Of a stretch of 64,000 nucleotides of DNA, positions 1 to 9,164 are shown piece by piece; within the stretch, counting starts at the first letter, position 1, and each line of letters opens with the position of its first letter. The notes under the pieces are model-generated. The model ran no database searches. It had not been told where the DNA came from and was given only the letters and a program-made list of their open reading frames with translations. Source of the stretch: Alistipes sp. (GTDB taxonomy: Bacteria > Bacteroidota > Bacteroidia > Bacteroidales > Rikenellaceae); contig JAFSBY010000042.1 of NCBI GenBank assembly GCA_017437045.1, forward strand, positions 1,643-65,642, written 5' to 3'. Made by a program: the position numbers and the translations under genes.

Positions 1-422
1 GCTACGCGGCGGATGCGGTCGGGCATATCGGCCGTCAGGAAAATATTGACCGTGCGCGGGCGTTCGCGCAGGATGTAGTCGGCACAACGACCCACGAAGA
101 TGCAATCCTCGCGCTCGGCAAGCTGACGAATCACATCGCTCTGAATCTTGAAGAGCGAATCGTTCGAGAGGGGGTTGTGCAGCGCATAATCGCCGGCTAA
201 GGGCGAGCGGAAATAGCCGATCACGGCGGCCAGCATGCCCTTCTGTTCGTGTTCGTCGGCACGCTCGAAGTGCTCGGGGCTGAAGCCGCTCTCCTCGGCC
301 GCGAGGTTGATCAACTCCTTGTCGTAGAGCTTGATAGCTAACCGTTCGGAGAGTATCTTACCGACGGCGATGCCGCCACTGCCATATTGGCGACCGATGT
401 TGATGGCGTAGTGCGTTTGCAT
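1..422 (-). CDS. Cytidylate kinase-like family protein (3' end runs off window)
   Basis: Read manually, not in the ORF track: MQTHYAINIGRQYGSGGIAVGKILSERL...KELINLAAEESG...DCIFVGRCADYIL. The IGRQYGSGG P-loop variant and VGRCADY motif are typical of this family. Confidence 0.85.
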   Translation of the reverse strand, partial: MQTHYAINIGRQYGSGGIAVGKILSERLAIKLYDKELINLAAEESGFSPEHFERADEHEQKGMLAAVIGYFRSPLAGDYALHNPLSNDSLFKIQSDVIRQLAEREDCIFVGRCADYILRERPRTVNIFLTADMPDRIRRV

Positions 423-426
423 GTTT

Positions 427-1821
427 TTATGCGATTTTCTGACCGAATTTGCGAAGTTGGCTAACCAGCAGCAGCGCCGTGACCACCGCAGCGAGCAGGT
501 CGGAGGCCGGAAGTGCACACCACACTCCCCAGCTGGCCTCTAACTCCATCTTGTCGAAGAGGTAGGGTAGCAACAACAGTGCCGGCATCAGGAAGAGCAG
601 TTGGCGCGAGAGCGAGAGGAAGATCGCCTTCGAGGCCATGCCGAGGCTCTGGAAGAAGTTCGTGGCCACCATCTGGAAACCCACGAGCGGGAACATCAGG
701 AACGAGAGGCGCATACCCGTCACCGAGAGGGCGATCAGCTCCTGGTCGTGGGTGAAGAGGCTGATGACGAGCTGCGGAGCGGCCTCACCGAGCAGGAAGG
801 CGGCCAGCGAGACGGCCGTAGCTCCGTAGATCGTCAGGCGCGTGACACGCAGCACGCGGTCGTATTGGCGGGCTCCGTAGTTGTAGCCGGCAATGGGTTG
901 CATGCCCTGGTTGAGCCCCATGATGATCATCACGAAGAGGAAGGCTACGCGGTTCGTGATGCCGTAGGCACCGATCATCAGGTCGCCACCGTGCTCCTTG
1001 AAGCTGCGGTTGATCAGGATCGTGATCAGGCAGGCGGCCAAATTCATCAGGAAGGGGGCCATGCCGATGGCTAAGATGTGGTGCACGATGGTGCGTTTGA
1101 GGCGGTAGATGCCCCGACGGAAGTGCAGCAACTCGTGGGGATTGGAGAGCAGACGCAACTGCCACGTCAGGGCGATGATCTGTGCCAAAATAGTCGCTAT
1201 GGCGGCGCCACGAATGCCCCAATCGAACCAGAAGATGAAGATCGGGTCGAGCACGGCATTGAGCAGCACGGTGATGATCGTGGCGTTCATCGACTTGCGC
1301 GGGTGGCCTGCGGCACGCAGTACGGCGTTCAGTCCTAAATACATGTGGGTGACGACATTGCCCGCGAGGATGATCTGCATGTAGTCGCGTGCATAGCCGA
1401 TCGTGGCCTCGCTGGCCCCGAAGAAGTAGAGCACGGGGTCGAGGAAGAGGAGCATCAGGACGGCAAAGGCAACGCCGATGATCGTATTGAGTATCAGCAC
1501 GTTGCCCAACACGTTTTGGGCTGTGGCATAGTCGCGTTGTCCCAAGCGCATCGAGATCAGCGTAGCTGCACCTACACCCACCATGGCACCAAAGGCGGCC
1601 GAGAGGTTCATCAGCGGGAAGGTCAGCGCCAAGCCCGAGATAGCCAACGGTCCGACTCCCTGGCCGATGAAGATGCTGTCGACCATATTATATAAGGAGG
1701 TCGCGGTCATCGCAATGATGGCCGGAACGGCATACTGCACGAGCAGTTTGCGGATGCGCTCGGTGCCTAAGGCTAACGCAGCGGGTTTGGTAGCTGCGTG
1801 GGTGGGTGTTGTTGCTGCCAT
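427..1821 (-). CDS. MATE family efflux transporter
   Basis: Two-fold repeated MATE architecture (LYNMVDSIFIGQ, LNAVLDPIFIF..GIRGAAIAT, QPIAGYNYGA). Start placed at ATG 1821; the longer ORF overlaps cysS. Confidence 0.92.
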   Translation of the reverse strand: MAATTPTHAATKPAALALGTERIRKLLVQYAVPAIIAMTATSLYNMVDSIFIGQGVGPLAISGLALTFPLMNLSAAFGAMVGVGAATLISMRLGQRDYATAQNVLGNVLILNTIIGVAFAVLMLLFLDPVLYFFGASEATIGYARDYMQIILAGNVVTHMYLGLNAVLRAAGHPRKSMNATIITVLLNAVLDPIFIFWFDWGIRGAAIATILAQIIALTWQLRLLSNPHELLHFRRGIYRLKRTIVHHILAIGMAPFLMNLAACLITILINRSFKEHGGDLMIGAYGITNRVAFLFVMIIMGLNQGMQPIAGYNYGARQYDRVLRVTRLTIYGATAVSLAAFLLGEAAPQLVISLFTHDQELIALSVTGMRLSFLMFPLVGFQMVATNFFQSLGMASKAIFLSLSRQLLFLMPALLLLPYLFDKMELEASWGVWCALPASDLLAAVVTALLLVSQLRKFGQKIA

Positions 1822-1833
1822 CTGGTTGTCGCT

Positions 1834-1862
1834 TGTCACACTGTCACATGTCACAGGGGGCT
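1834..1862. repeat. Heptamer tandem repeat (TGTCACA)x3 followed by GGGGGC
   Basis: tgtcaca-c-tgtcaca-tgtcaca-gggggc in the cysS-MATE gap. Confidence 0.7.
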
Positions 1863-1888
1863 TCCGAGGAGGATCGGTGGGGTGGGCG

Positions 1889-3361
1889 TTACTCCAACTC
1901 CCAGTCGGTGCCGTCCTTGCGGTCCTTGACGCGGATGCCGGCAGCAGCCAAGCCGTCGCGGATGCGATCCGAAGCGGCCCAATCCTTCGCAGCACGTGCC
2001 TTCAGTCGCTCCTCGAGGAGCATCTCCACGAGCGGGGTTACGCGGTCGCGGCCCGTCGTGGCGGTCGTGCGCTCATCTTGCAGACCCAACACCTCAAAGG
2101 CGTAGCGGTGGATGGTGGCCTTCAGGGCCTCCAGATCCTCGGCCGTGAAGCTCTCCTTGCCCTCGATAGCCGAGTTGATCGTGCGTACCCAGTCGAAGAG
2201 GGCCGAGATGACCATCGGGGAGTTCAGGTCGTCGGCCATAGCCTCGGCACAACGACGCTCCAACTCCGCAGGATTGACCGTCGAGGTGGCGGCAGGCTTG
2301 ATCTTACCCAGCGCCTCGATGCCCTTCATGAGGCGATCCAACCCCTTCTCGGCAGCCTGCAGGGCCTCGTTCGAGAAGTCGAGCGTCGAGCGGTAGTGGG
2401 CTTGCAGGACGAAGAAACGGATCGTCATCGGCGTGTAGGCCTGTGCCAACATCTTGTGCGAACCGGTGAAGAGCTCCTCGAGGGTGATGAAGTTACCGAG
2501 CGATTTGCCCATCTTCTGGCCGTTGATCGTGATCATGTTGTTGTGCACCCAGTAGCGGGCCGAGTCGTGACCCAGCGCGGCGGTCGATTGGGCGATCTCG
2601 CACTCGTGGTGGGGGAACATGAGGTCCATGCCGCCACCGTGGATGTCGAAACGCTCACCCAAATACTTCGTGCTCATGGCTGAACACTCCATGTGCCAGC
2701 CCGGGAAACCATCGCTCCAGGGCGAGGGCCAACGCATGATGTGCTCGGGCGAGGCCTTCTTCCAGAGGGCGAAGTCGAACGAGTTGTGTTTGTCGCTTTG
2801 GCCGTCCAACTCGCGCGTGCCGAGGACGATATCGTCGAGGTTGCGACCCGACAGACAGCCGTAGTGGTGTTGTTGGTTGTATTTCTCGACGTCGAAATAG
2901 ACCGAGCCGTTCGAGATGTAGGCGAAGCCCTCCTCGAGGATGCGCTTGACGAACTCGATCTGCTCGATGATGTGGCCCGAGGCGTGGGGCTCGATCGAGG
3001 GCGAGAGGACACCCAGCTGCGTCATGGCGTTGCGGTAACGCTCCGTGTAGTAGTGGGCTACCTCCATCGGCTCGAGTTGCTCGAGGCGGGCCTTCTTGGC
3101 GATTTTATCCTCGCCCTCATCGGCATCCTGCTCGAGGTGGCCGACATCGGTGATGTTGCGCACGTAGCGCACTTTGTAGCCCAACGAACGGAGGTAACGG
3201 AACAAGAGGTCGAACGTTACGGCCGGGCGTGCATGGCCCAAATGGGGATCACCATAGACCGTGGGGCCGCAGACATACATGCCGACACGACCTTCGGTCA
3301 GCGGCTCAAAGACCTCCTTGCGGCGCGAGAGGGTGTTGTAGAGCGAAAATTGGGGTTCCAT
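1889..3361 (-). CDS. cysS: Cysteine--tRNA ligase
   Basis: [13 protein letters not shown] (HIGH), [31 protein letters not shown] (KMSKS). Confidence 0.98.
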   Translation of the reverse strand: MEPQFSLYNTLSRRKEVFEPLTEGRVGMYVCGPTVYGDPHLGHARPAVTFDLLFRYLRSLGYKVRYVRNITDVGHLEQDADEGEDKIAKKARLEQLEPMEVAHYYTERYRNAMTQLGVLSPSIEPHASGHIIEQIEFVKRILEEGFAYISNGSVYFDVEKYNQQHHYGCLSGRNLDDIVLGTRELDGQSDKHNSFDFALWKKASPEHIMRWPSPWSDGFPGWHMECSAMSTKYLGERFDIHGGGMDLMFPHHECEIAQSTAALGHDSARYWVHNNMITINGQKMGKSLGNFITLEELFTGSHKMLAQAYTPMTIRFFVLQAHYRSTLDFSNEALQAAEKGLDRLMKGIEALGKIKPAATSTVNPAELERRCAEAMADDLNSPMVISALFDWVRTINSAIEGKESFTAEDLEALKATIHRYAFEVLGLQDERTTATTGRDRVTPLVEMLLEERLKARAAKDWAASDRIRDGLAAAGIRVKDRKDGTDWELE

Positions 3362-3450
3362 AACCTTCTGTATAGCTAATTTTAGAGTTTGCTTGTATCT
3401 AATTCTGCAAAGATACAATCTTTTTTTGGGAATATGCGCCGAGCAGGCAT

Positions 3451-3572
3451 TAGAAATTCAAAATTTAGAATTCAAAATTTAGAATTATTTTTCTTGAATT
3501 ACAAATTACATTACATTACAGGGGGTGCACCCTGTAATGTAATGTAATTTGTAATTCTAAATTTTGATTTTG
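3451..3572. repeat. Family A palindrome copy 1 with flanking TTAGAATT/CAAAAT tandem repeats
   Basis: Perfect 28-bp arms 3496-3523 / 3530-3557 (gaattacaaattacattacattacaggg). Outer caaaatttagaatt repeats 3451-3487 are mirrored at 3553-3567. Confidence 0.9.
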
Positions 3573-3615
3573 CAAAAAGCTGCGCAATAAGATTGGATGT
3601 TCCGCGTTTATTGCG

Positions 3616-3623
3616 TACTTTTG
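3616..3623 (+). promoter_or_regulatory. Bacteroidetes sigma-A -7 box (TACTTTTG)
   Basis: Matches TAnnTTTG, 26 bp upstream of ATG 3650. Confidence 0.6.
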
Positions 3624-3649
3624 CACCTTGGAAAATAAGCCACTTACCA

Positions 3650-6600
3650 ATGATACACAATTTTCGCACCTGGAATAACTTAGTCGGCTGGGGCGTCTTT
3701 GCCATAGCTGCCGTGGTCTATCTGCTGACCATCGAGCCCGTAGCCAGCCTTTGGGACTGCTCGGAGTTTATCGCCACCTCCTATCGCCTCGAGGTCGGCC
3801 ACCCGCCCGGAGCACCGCTCTTCATGATGCTGGCCCGCATCGCCTCGCTCTTTGCCCCCTCGGAGGAGTATGTCGCTATGGCCGTCAATGCGATGAATGC
3901 CCTGGCGAGTGCCTTCTGCATCCTCTTCCTCTTCTGGACGATCACCCACTTGGGGCGTCGCCTCCTTACGCGTGGCGGAGCACCCCTGACCCCGGCAGGC
4001 AGCTGGGCTGCGATCGGTGCCGGAGCTGTCGGTGCGCTGGCCTATACCTTTACGGACACCTTCTGGTTCTCGGCCGTCGAGGGGGAGGTCTATGCCCTCT
4101 CGTCGATGTTTACGGCCTTGGTCGTGTGGCTCATGCTGCGGTGGGAGGATCAGGCCGATGAGCCCCATGCCTGGCGATGGATTGTCTTGATCGCCTACTT
4201 GATGGGCCTCTCGATCGGTGTGCACATCCTGAACCTGCTGACGATCCCCGCCTTGGTCTTCATCTACTACTTCCGCACGACGGAGCGGGTGACGCTCGGC
4301 GGATTGGTTCTCTCGACCCTCGTGGCGGGTATTATCCTGCTGGTGATCAACGGCATAATCATCCCCTATACGGTCTATTTCGGGGCGATGCTCGACCTGT
4401 TCTGCGTCAATACCCTGGGGCTGCCCGTGAACTTCGGCATGGCCCTCTTTGCGCTGCTGCTCATCGGCGGATTCGGCTACGGAGCGTGGCTGATGCACCG
4501 CAAGGGCAAGGTGCTCTGGAACGTGATCCTGCTCTCGACGACGATGATCCTGGTGGGCTTCTCGTCCTATGCCACGGTGACGATTCGTGCGGCTGCCAAC
4601 CCACCCATGAACTCGAACAACCCGAACAACCCCCACGCCCTGCTCTCGTTCCTGAACCGCGACCAATATGGCAATCGTCCGCTCCTCTACGGAGCCTACT
4701 ACTCGGCACCTCCCGAGGGGTATGTCGAGAAGACGAATTGGTATTTGGACGAGGATGGGAAGTATAAGCAGGGGACGACGATCTCGGGCTATACGTTCGA
4801 TCCGAAATTCATGCACCTGTTCCCCCGCATGTGGAACTACAGCAAGTCGGAGCGCGACTACAAGCAGTGGTCGGCCTACCGCACCAAGAGCGAGGTGGTC
4901 CGCGACCGCGAGGGCAACATCGTGCGCGACGAGCGGGGCAATCCGCTGCGCGAGGAGGTGTTAGACTATGGTCAGAAGGTGCTCTACGACGATGGCTACG
5001 AGGTGCAGACGATCATCGAGCCAACCTTTAGGGAGAACCTGAATTTCTTCTTCACCTACCAGCTCAACTACATGTATTGGCGCTATTTCTTGTGGAATTT
5101 CGTCGGTCGCCAGAGCGATATTCAGCCCACCTCATCGACCATCACCGATGGCAATTGGATGTCGGGCATTCGGGCCGTGGACGAGCTCTACCTGGGCCCG
5201 CAGGAGAACCTGCCGCGCGAGATCGCCGAGAACAAGGGGCGCAACCACTACTATTTCCTCCCCTTCCTGCTCGGTTTGGTGGGTCTGCTCTATCAGCTCA
5301 ACCGCGACCAGCGCAACTTCTCGATCGTCATGTGGCTCTTCATCATGACCGGTGTGGCGTTGGTGGTCTACTTCAACTCCTCGCCCGGTGAGCCGCGCGA
5401 ACGCGACTATGTCTATGCCGGATCGTTCTACGCCTTCTCAATTTGGTTGGGGCTGGGTGTGCTGGCCTTCTACGAGCTCTTTGCCTGGATCACCCGCCGC
5501 AAGAGCTGTGCCGCAGCGGCTGTGGCGACGCTGCTCTGCCTGGGTGTGCCGACCCTCTTGGCGGCCGAGAACTGGGACGACCACGACCGCTCGGGTCGCT
5601 ACATGGCTCGCGACATCGGCTGGAACTACCTGCAATCGACCCTGCCGAACTCGATCATCCTGAACTATGGCGACAACGACACCTTCCCGCTGTGGAACAA
5701 CCAGGAGGTCTACAACGTGCGTCCCGATGTGCGCATCATGAACACCTCCTACTTGGGTGGCGAATGGTACATCGACGAGATGAAGACCGCAGCCAACGAT
5801 GCGGCCGGAGTGCCCTTCACGCTGCCGAAGTATAAATATACCTATATGAACGATTGGGTGCCGATCAAGGAGGTGATCGACCGTCCGGTCAATATCAAGG
5901 AGGTGATGTCGTTCATCCGTAGCGACGACCGTGCCTCGCAGATCAAGTTGGTCGATGGCTCCTACACGGACTACCTGCCGACGCGCAAGATTGCCTTGCC
6001 GGTGGACAAGGAGAATGCCATCCGCTCGGGCATCGTCAAGGAGGAGGATCGCTCGCTGATGGTCGATACGGTCTATATGGAGCTGCGCGGCTCGTCGATC
6101 GACAAGAATAAGCTGATGATCCTCGACATGCTGTCGAACTTCGATTGGAAACGCCCGATCTACCTCACGCAGGTCTATATCCTGCAAGATCTGGGGCTGA
6201 TGGACTACCTGCAATTCGACGGCTACGCCTATCGTTTGGTGCCGATTCGCACCCCCAGCGAGAGTGCTTGGGACATCGGACGCATCGACCCGGATTATGC
6301 GGCTCCGCTCCTGCGCGATACGTTCCGCTACGGCAATTTGAGCGACCCGGAGGTCTATGCCGACCACTTCGTGCAGTACAATTTAGGGGCCTCGGGGGCA
6401 CGTCAAGCCTTTGCGCGGGTGGCCAAATCGTTGTTGGCCGAGGAGCGCGTGGCTGAGGCGGTCGAACTGCTCGATTTAGGTCTGGAGCGTCTGCCCGTGG
6501 AGCAGATTCGCTTTACGGATGCCAATACCTATCCCTTCTTAGAGGGGTACTATGCTGCCGGCATGATGGGCGACGAGACGGCCAACGAAAAGGGCGATCG

Positions 6601-6856
6601 ACTGATGATGGCCTACCTGAACAACCTGATCGAGTACATCGAGTACTACCTGCAGTTCGAGGGTGCACAGGCCGAGATGGTGGATCGTGCGCTCAGCCGC
6701 CGCTTCGAGGAGCTGGAGGAGGCCTATCTGCTCGCCTCGTATGCGCGTCGTTACGACCTGCTGCGCTATATGAACGACTACTACCGCACGTTGGGTGTCG
6801 AGGAGAAGGACCTGATGCCGATCCCCGGCGAACAGACCGAGGCACTGGATCGGTAG
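3650..6856 (+). CDS. DUF2723 domain membrane protein (TMEM260-like GT-C fold glycosyltransferase)
   Basis: SLWDCSEFIATSYRLEVGHPPGAPLF, FWFSAVEGEVYA, ERDYVYAGS, YGDNDTFPLW motifs; many hydrophobic segments; about 1070 aa. Confidence 0.88.
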   Translation: MIHNFRTWNNLVGWGVFAIAAVVYLLTIEPVASLWDCSEFIATSYRLEVGHPPGAPLFMMLARIASLFAPSEEYVAMAVNAMNALASAFCILFLFWTITHLGRRLLTRGGAPLTPAGSWAAIGAGAVGALAYTFTDTFWFSAVEGEVYALSSMFTALVVWLMLRWEDQADEPHAWRWIVLIAYLMGLSIGVHILNLLTIPALVFIYYFRTTERVTLGGLVLSTLVAGIILLVINGIIIPYTVYFGAMLDLFCVNTLGLPVNFGMALFALLLIGGFGYGAWLMHRKGKVLWNVILLSTTMILVGFSSYATVTIRAAANPPMNSNNPNNPHALLSFLNRDQYGNRPLLYGAYYSAPPEGYVEKTNWYLDEDGKYKQGTTISGYTFDPKFMHLFPRMWNYSKSERDYKQWSAYRTKSEVVRDREGNIVRDERGNPLREEVLDYGQKVLYDDGYEVQTIIEPTFRENLNFFFTYQLNYMYWRYFLWNFVGRQSDIQPTSSTITDGNWMSGIRAVDELYLGPQENLPREIAENKGRNHYYFLPFLLGLVGLLYQLNRDQRNFSIVMWLFIMTGVALVVYFNSSPGEPRERDYVYAGSFYAFSIWLGLGVLAFYELFAWITRRKSCAAAAVATLLCLGVPTLLAAENWDDHDRSGRYMARDIGWNYLQSTLPNSIILNYGDNDTFPLWNNQEVYNVRPDVRIMNTSYLGGEWYIDEMKTAANDAAGVPFTLPKYKYTYMNDWVPIKEVIDRPVNIKEVMSFIRSDDRASQIKLVDGSYTDYLPTRKIALPVDKENAIRSGIVKEEDRSLMVDTVYMELRGSSIDKNKLMILDMLSNFDWKRPIYLTQVYILQDLGLMDYLQFDGYAYRLVPIRTPSESAWDIGRIDPDYAAPLLRDTFRYGNLSDPEVYADHFVQYNLGASGARQAFARVAKSLLAEERVAEAVELLDLGLERLPVEQIRFTDANTYPFLEGYYAAGMMGDETANEKGDRLMMAYLNNLIEYIEYYLQFEGAQAEMVDRALSRRFEELEEAYLLASYARRYDLLRYMNDYYRTLGVEEKDLMPIPGEQTEALDR

Positions 6857-6876
6857 AGGGTCGTTAGCCCCCCCCG

Positions 6877-7318
6877 ATTACAAATTACATTACATTACAG
6901 GCCATGCCCCCTGTAATGTAATGTAATTAGTAATTGGAGGCGAAGCCTCCAATTACTAATACCTACAATCCCTCCTAAATCCTCCCTTTGATAAGGGAGG
7001 ACTTGAGGGGTAGTTCTAACGACCGTCTGTGCTGGGGTTCTAATAACCGCTGATACAGAGGGAGTTATAAGAATAATAAGAATAATAAGAATAATGTGAA
7101 TGCAGACGCTTATAGGAATAGGACTTTAGGCAGCCTTCACATAATTCCTATAACTCTTATTTTATTCCTATAATTCACTCTAAATTCTCAATTTAGGCGA
7201 ATCCAATTCATTTTGAATTCTAAATTCTAAATTTTGAATTTGGCCTTCGCAGCCTCCCAATTACAAATTACATTACATTACAGGGGGCATGGCCTGTAAT
7301 GTAATGTAATTTGTAATT
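6877..7318. repeat. Composite nested inverted-repeat element (family A copies 2 and 3 in opposite orientation, GCGAAGC hairpin, family C hairpin, 9-mer and 7-mer tandem repeats)
   Basis: Palindromes 6877-6934 and 7259-7318 with reverse-complementary cores ggccatgccccc / gggggcatggcc; 14-bp hairpin 6928-6958; (ATAATAAGA)n near 7068-7094. Confidence 0.9.
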
Positions 7319-7349
7319 CGATATGTCGATTGTAAGCATGACCTTCGGG

Positions 7350-9137
7350 TCACTGCTGTATTTTTACCAACTGCTCGCGGTAGGCATTCAGGATGCGCGA
7401 TTTGGAGATAAAGCCCAGATAGCGATTCTCCTTGTCCACGACGGGCAACATCCAGGTGCGCCCATCCTCAAATTTGGGCAGAATCGACTGTATGGCCTCG
7501 TGCTGCAAGATGCGATCGGGCGGCTGAATCATGTAGCTCATGATCGTAGTCCCATACTTCTCGCGCTTGAACATATCCTTGCGCAGGTCGTCTAACTGCA
7601 CGACACCTAACAGATGGCCGAAATCGTCGATCACGGGGAAGATATTGCGCCGTGCCGTGGCGATGATGTTGATCAGATCGCCCAAGGTCATGTGCTCGCG
7701 GATGCGGATAAAGTCGGTCTCCATCAGCTCGTCGAGCTTCAGGAAGACGAACACCGACTGATCCTTGTCGTGGGTGAGCAGCTCGCCTCGCTGCCGCAAC
7801 TGCTTGGTGTAGATCGAGTCGGGATCGAGCCAATAGTTTAGGGCGAAGGAGATGCAGGCGGTGATCATCAGCGGGATGAAGAGTTCGTAGCCGTTCGAGA
7901 GCTCGGCAATCAGGAAGATCGAGGTCAGCGGGGCCTTCATCACACCGGTCATCACACCGGCCATGCCGACCAACGTGAAGGAGGCAATCGGCACATCGAG
8001 GTCGAACAACGCATTGCAAATCAACGCCAACGCTGCGCCCGTGAAGGCACCGACGAAGAGCGACGGGGCAAACGTACCACCCACACCACCGGCGGCATTG
8101 GTCGTCGCCATGGCGATCACCTTGAAGAACATCGTGGCGATGACGAAGAGGATCACGACCCACTCGATGTGGCTGAAGGCGTAGAAGAGCGAGTTGTCGA
8201 AGAGCGGCCCCGTGCGCCCCTGCATCAACTCCGTAAAGGCCTCATAACCTTCGCCATAGAGGGGCGGGAAGATGAAGATCAGCAGGCCGAGCACGGCACC
8301 TCCGATGAGCCATTTGTGGTATTGCTTGGTCTGTCGCTTGAAGAACCGCCCCACGCGGGCATTCATCGTCGTGAAGTACCAGGCCATCAAACCGCAGCAG
8401 ATGCCCAGCAGGATGAAGAGCGGGATCTGCCACAACTCGAACCCATCCTCGGGGCTGAGTTTCACGGCGATAATGGGGTCGAAGCCGCGCAGGATAAAGG
8501 CCATGGTCGTGGCCGTGACGGTGGCAATGAGCAGCGGGATGATCGACGTGGCCGTGATGTCCAACATCAGGATTTCGAGCACGAAGACCAAGCCGGTGAT
8601 CGGGGCCTTGAAGATGGCCGCCACCGCTGCACCCGCACCGCAGCAGAGCAGCAGGGTGGAGTATTTGTAGTTCAGACGGGCCAATCGACCGACATTCGAG
8701 CCGATGGCTGCACCCGTGAGCACGATCGGGGCCTCGGGACCCACCGAACCACCAAAACCGATCGTCGTGGCACCGCCTACGACCGAGGTCCAGGTGTTGT
8801 GCGGAGCGATCTGCGAGTTGCCCCGCGACATGGCGTAGAGCACGCGCGTAACCCCTTCCGAGATGTTATCGCGCACGATGTAGCGCACGAAGAGCGTGGC
8901 CAGGATGATACCGATGACGGGGTAGATCAGGTAGAGAAATTGGGCCTCATCGACCGAGAACCACCGGGTCAGCCCCTCCTCGATGGCGTGCAGCAGCAAC
9001 TCAAAGAGGAAGGTCCCCACACCGGCCAGCAGACCGACAATGACGGCCAGCACCATCAGCATCTGGCGGGTCGAAAGACGCCGCGTCAGACGCAGAAAGT
9101 AGGCGTAGATGCGATCGGTAAAGCCGGAGAGGGTCAT
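7350..9137 (-). CDS. CLC chloride channel/transporter with C-terminal CBS pair
   Basis: GGSVGPEAP (gating Glu motif), AAIFKAPITG, GGTFAPSL, and two CBS-like C-terminal domains. Confidence 0.93.
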   Translation of the reverse strand: MTLSGFTDRIYAYFLRLTRRLSTRQMLMVLAVIVGLLAGVGTFLFELLLHAIEEGLTRWFSVDEAQFLYLIYPVIGIILATLFVRYIVRDNISEGVTRVLYAMSRGNSQIAPHNTWTSVVGGATTIGFGGSVGPEAPIVLTGAAIGSNVGRLARLNYKYSTLLLCCGAGAAVAAIFKAPITGLVFVLEILMLDITATSIIPLLIATVTATTMAFILRGFDPIIAVKLSPEDGFELWQIPLFILLGICCGLMAWYFTTMNARVGRFFKRQTKQYHKWLIGGAVLGLLIFIFPPLYGEGYEAFTELMQGRTGPLFDNSLFYAFSHIEWVVILFVIATMFFKVIAMATTNAAGGVGGTFAPSLFVGAFTGAALALICNALFDLDVPIASFTLVGMAGVMTGVMKAPLTSIFLIAELSNGYELFIPLMITACISFALNYWLDPDSIYTKQLRQRGELLTHDKDQSVFVFLKLDELMETDFIRIREHMTLGDLINIIATARRNIFPVIDDFGHLLGVVQLDDLRKDMFKREKYGTTIMSYMIQPPDRILQHEAIQSILPKFEDGRTWMLPVVDKENRYLGFISKSRILNAYREQLVKIQQ

Positions 9138-9142
9138 GGAGC

Positions 9143-9164
9143 GAATTTAGAATTTAGAATTTAA
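9143..9164. repeat. Heptamer tandem repeat (AATTTAG)n between trpS stop and clc start
   Basis: gaatttagaatttagaatttaa; same unit as at 3451-3487 and 7216-7241. Confidence 0.6.

Noticed and set aside
3451-7318. CRISPR array interpretation of the family A repeats
   Set aside because: Copies are dispersed or inverted, have no regular unique spacers, and no cas genes are nearby.
7350-9137. Fluoride-specific CLC-F assignment
   Set aside because: Lacks GNNLI/GREGT/GEVTP signatures, and no fluoride riboswitch is seen upstream.
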